From sequence record MZ574431.2: a stretch of 64,000 nt of DNA, one strand, 5' to 3'. The notes beneath the pieces were generated by a model. The model was not told the DNA's origin, did not search any database, and worked only from the letters and a program-made list of their open reading frames with translations. A program made the translations under genes and the position numbers. Positions 62,844 to 64,000 of this stretch are shown in pieces. Positions within the stretch are counted from its first letter, which is position 1, and each line of letters opens with the position of its first letter.

Positions 62844-63830
62844 ATGACCTTTCGCTACCTGACGACCTGCTCGGGCGTCGAGGCGGTGACGCTCGGCTGG
62901 GCGCCTCTTGGCGCCCGCGCCGTCGCCTATTCCGACTACGACCCCGACAACGACTTCCCGACGCGCTTCCTCAAGGAACGCTTCCCCGAAATCCCCAATC
63001 TCGGCGACATGCTGAAGATCGACGGCCGCCTCTGGCGCGGCCGGGTCGACGTGCTCTGGGGCTCCACGCCCTGCCAGAGCTTCAGCCTCGGCGGGCTGCG
63101 TAAGGGCATCAAGGACCCGCGCGGCGCCCTGACCCCGGCCCTGGTGGGCCTCGCCAACGAAATCGCCCCCAAGGTTCTCTGCTGGGAGAACGTCGACGGG
63201 GTCCTTACCGACAAGGAAAACGCTTTTGGATGCTTTCTCGCAGCGCTGGCCGGAAGCGATACTGTCCTCGTCGCTCCAGGGAACAAATGGCCAAGTGCAG
63301 GTTACGTTGTTGGACCCGAACGCCGCATCGCGTGGCGAGTGCTCGATGCCAAACATTTCTTCCTCGCCCAGCAGCGCCGGCGAGTGTTCCTTGTCGCGTG
63401 TCCTGTTGACGGACCCGATCCCCGAGAAGTTCTATTTGAAGGCTTCGCGCCTTTCGACGCTCTTGGAGAACGCCGCGAAAGCTGGGCGCCAGTTGTCGAG
63501 CGCCGCGATGTCAGCACTGACGCTTACGCCTGCGCGATCCGAGGCCGCAAGCACGGACAGCAGTTCGAGCAAGGCGGACTGATCGCCAACTGCCTCCGCG
63601 CCAGCCAGGGCGGCTCCGACAAGCCCCAGGTCCTGGCCAAGGAGGCCGACGACCAATGGCGTGTGCGCAACATGACCCCGGTCGAGGCCGAGCGGTGCAT
63701 GGGCATGCCCGACGATTGGACCCTGATCCCCGGCGCCTCTGACAGCGATCGCTACCACGCGATCGGCAACAGCCTCGCCGTTCCTTGCGTCCGCTACATC
63801 GGCGAACGCCTCCTCAAAGTGCTCGGGTAA
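62844..63830 (+). CDS. DNA cytosine-5 methyltransferase (328 aa)
   Basis: CSGVE (motif I variant), GSTPCQSFS, WENV, QQRRRVF, MTPVEAERCMGMPD, GNSLAV. Confidence 0.92.
   Translation: MTFRYLTTCSGVEAVTLGWAPLGARAVAYSDYDPDNDFPTRFLKERFPEIPNLGDMLKIDGRLWRGRVDVLWGSTPCQSFSLGGLRKGIKDPRGALTPALVGLANEIAPKVLCWENVDGVLTDKENAFGCFLAALAGSDTVLVAPGNKWPSAGYVVGPERRIAWRVLDAKHFFLAQQRRRVFLVACPVDGPDPREVLFEGFAPFDALGERRESWAPVVERRDVSTDAYACAIRGRKHGQQFEQGGLIANCLRASQGGSDKPQVLAKEADDQWRVRNMTPVEAERCMGMPDDWTLIPGASDSDRYHAIGNSLAVPCVRYIGERLLKVLG
63226..63582 (+). CDS. Overlapping alternative-frame ORF resembling M.EcoHK31I beta polypeptide (118 aa)
   Basis: TTG start 8 nt after AAGGA; RW...GECSMPN....P...ECSLSRVL...P..FYL...L....A...L..A..AL pattern; main-frame codon bias collapses over the overlap. 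Confidence 0.65.
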   Translation: MDAFSQRWPEAILSSSLQGTNGQVQVTLLDPNAASRGECSMPNISSSPSSAGECSLSRVLLTDPIPEKFYLKASRLSTLLENAAKAGRQLSSAAMSALTLTPARSEAASTDSSSSKAD

Positions 63831-63926
63831 GGCGCGTCCCGCCAACCCGGCCTCCCGGCGCTGACGAAGCGCCCACAACACGCCTACCCGCGACGGAAAT
63901 GCGCGGCCCTGGGCCTGGAGACCTCC

Positions 63927-64000
63927 ATGAAACTGCGTCGTCGCCGCCTTGTGTGGGACATCGAAACCGATGGCCTGCTGCACGAACTGACCCGCGTCCA
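63927..64000 (+). CDS. Start of family A DNA polymerase (3'-5' exonuclease domain), truncated by window edge
   Basis: GGAG RBS; MKLRRRRLVWDIETDGLLHELTRV contains ExoI motif DIET as in T7-type polymerases. Confidence 0.7.
   Translation, partial: MKLRRRRLVWDIETDGLLHELTRV

Noticed and set aside
1-64000. Stop-codon reassignment
   Set aside because: TAG, TGA and TAA all terminate full-length recognisable genes, and no suppressor tRNA is present.

Overview
GC-rich, densely coding segment of a large siphophage genome, most consistent with a phiCbK-like Caulobacterales phage (inferred from gene content and order, not from a database search). In order: (i) 1-11085, putative fibre genes including a 2757-aa Gly-rich/LamG protein; (ii) 11.1-24.6 kb, an accessory, RNA-rich region with 23 tRNA genes (one solo tRNA-Gly plus three promoter-driven operons), a MazG-like + minimal class II aminoacyl-tRNA-synthetase-like gene pair, a ~870-nt promoter-to-terminator structured non-coding RNA (GOLLD/ROOL-class candidate), two smaller structured RNA candidates, a paralogous gene pair and a cadherin-repeat protein; (iii) 24.6-52.6 kb, phoH and the neck/tail module (tail tube, frameshifted chaperones, lysozyme-containing tape measure, GTA-like DUF2460/hub/NlpC, two paralogous tail-tip proteins, tail fibres); (iv) 52.6-57.2 kb, a six-gene glycosyltransferase/methyltransferase cassette; (v) endolysin-holin-spanin lysis genes; (vi) a PNK/phosphatase, two DNA methyltransferases (one with an overlapping EcoHK31I-beta-like ORF), a metallophosphoesterase and the start of a family A DNA polymerase. 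Main observation: two tRNA operons are each preceded by a short leader ORF built largely from the codons read by the tRNAs downstream, coupled to mutually exclusive antiterminator/terminator helices. This suggests a tRNA-depletion-sensing attenuator controlling phage tRNA supply.
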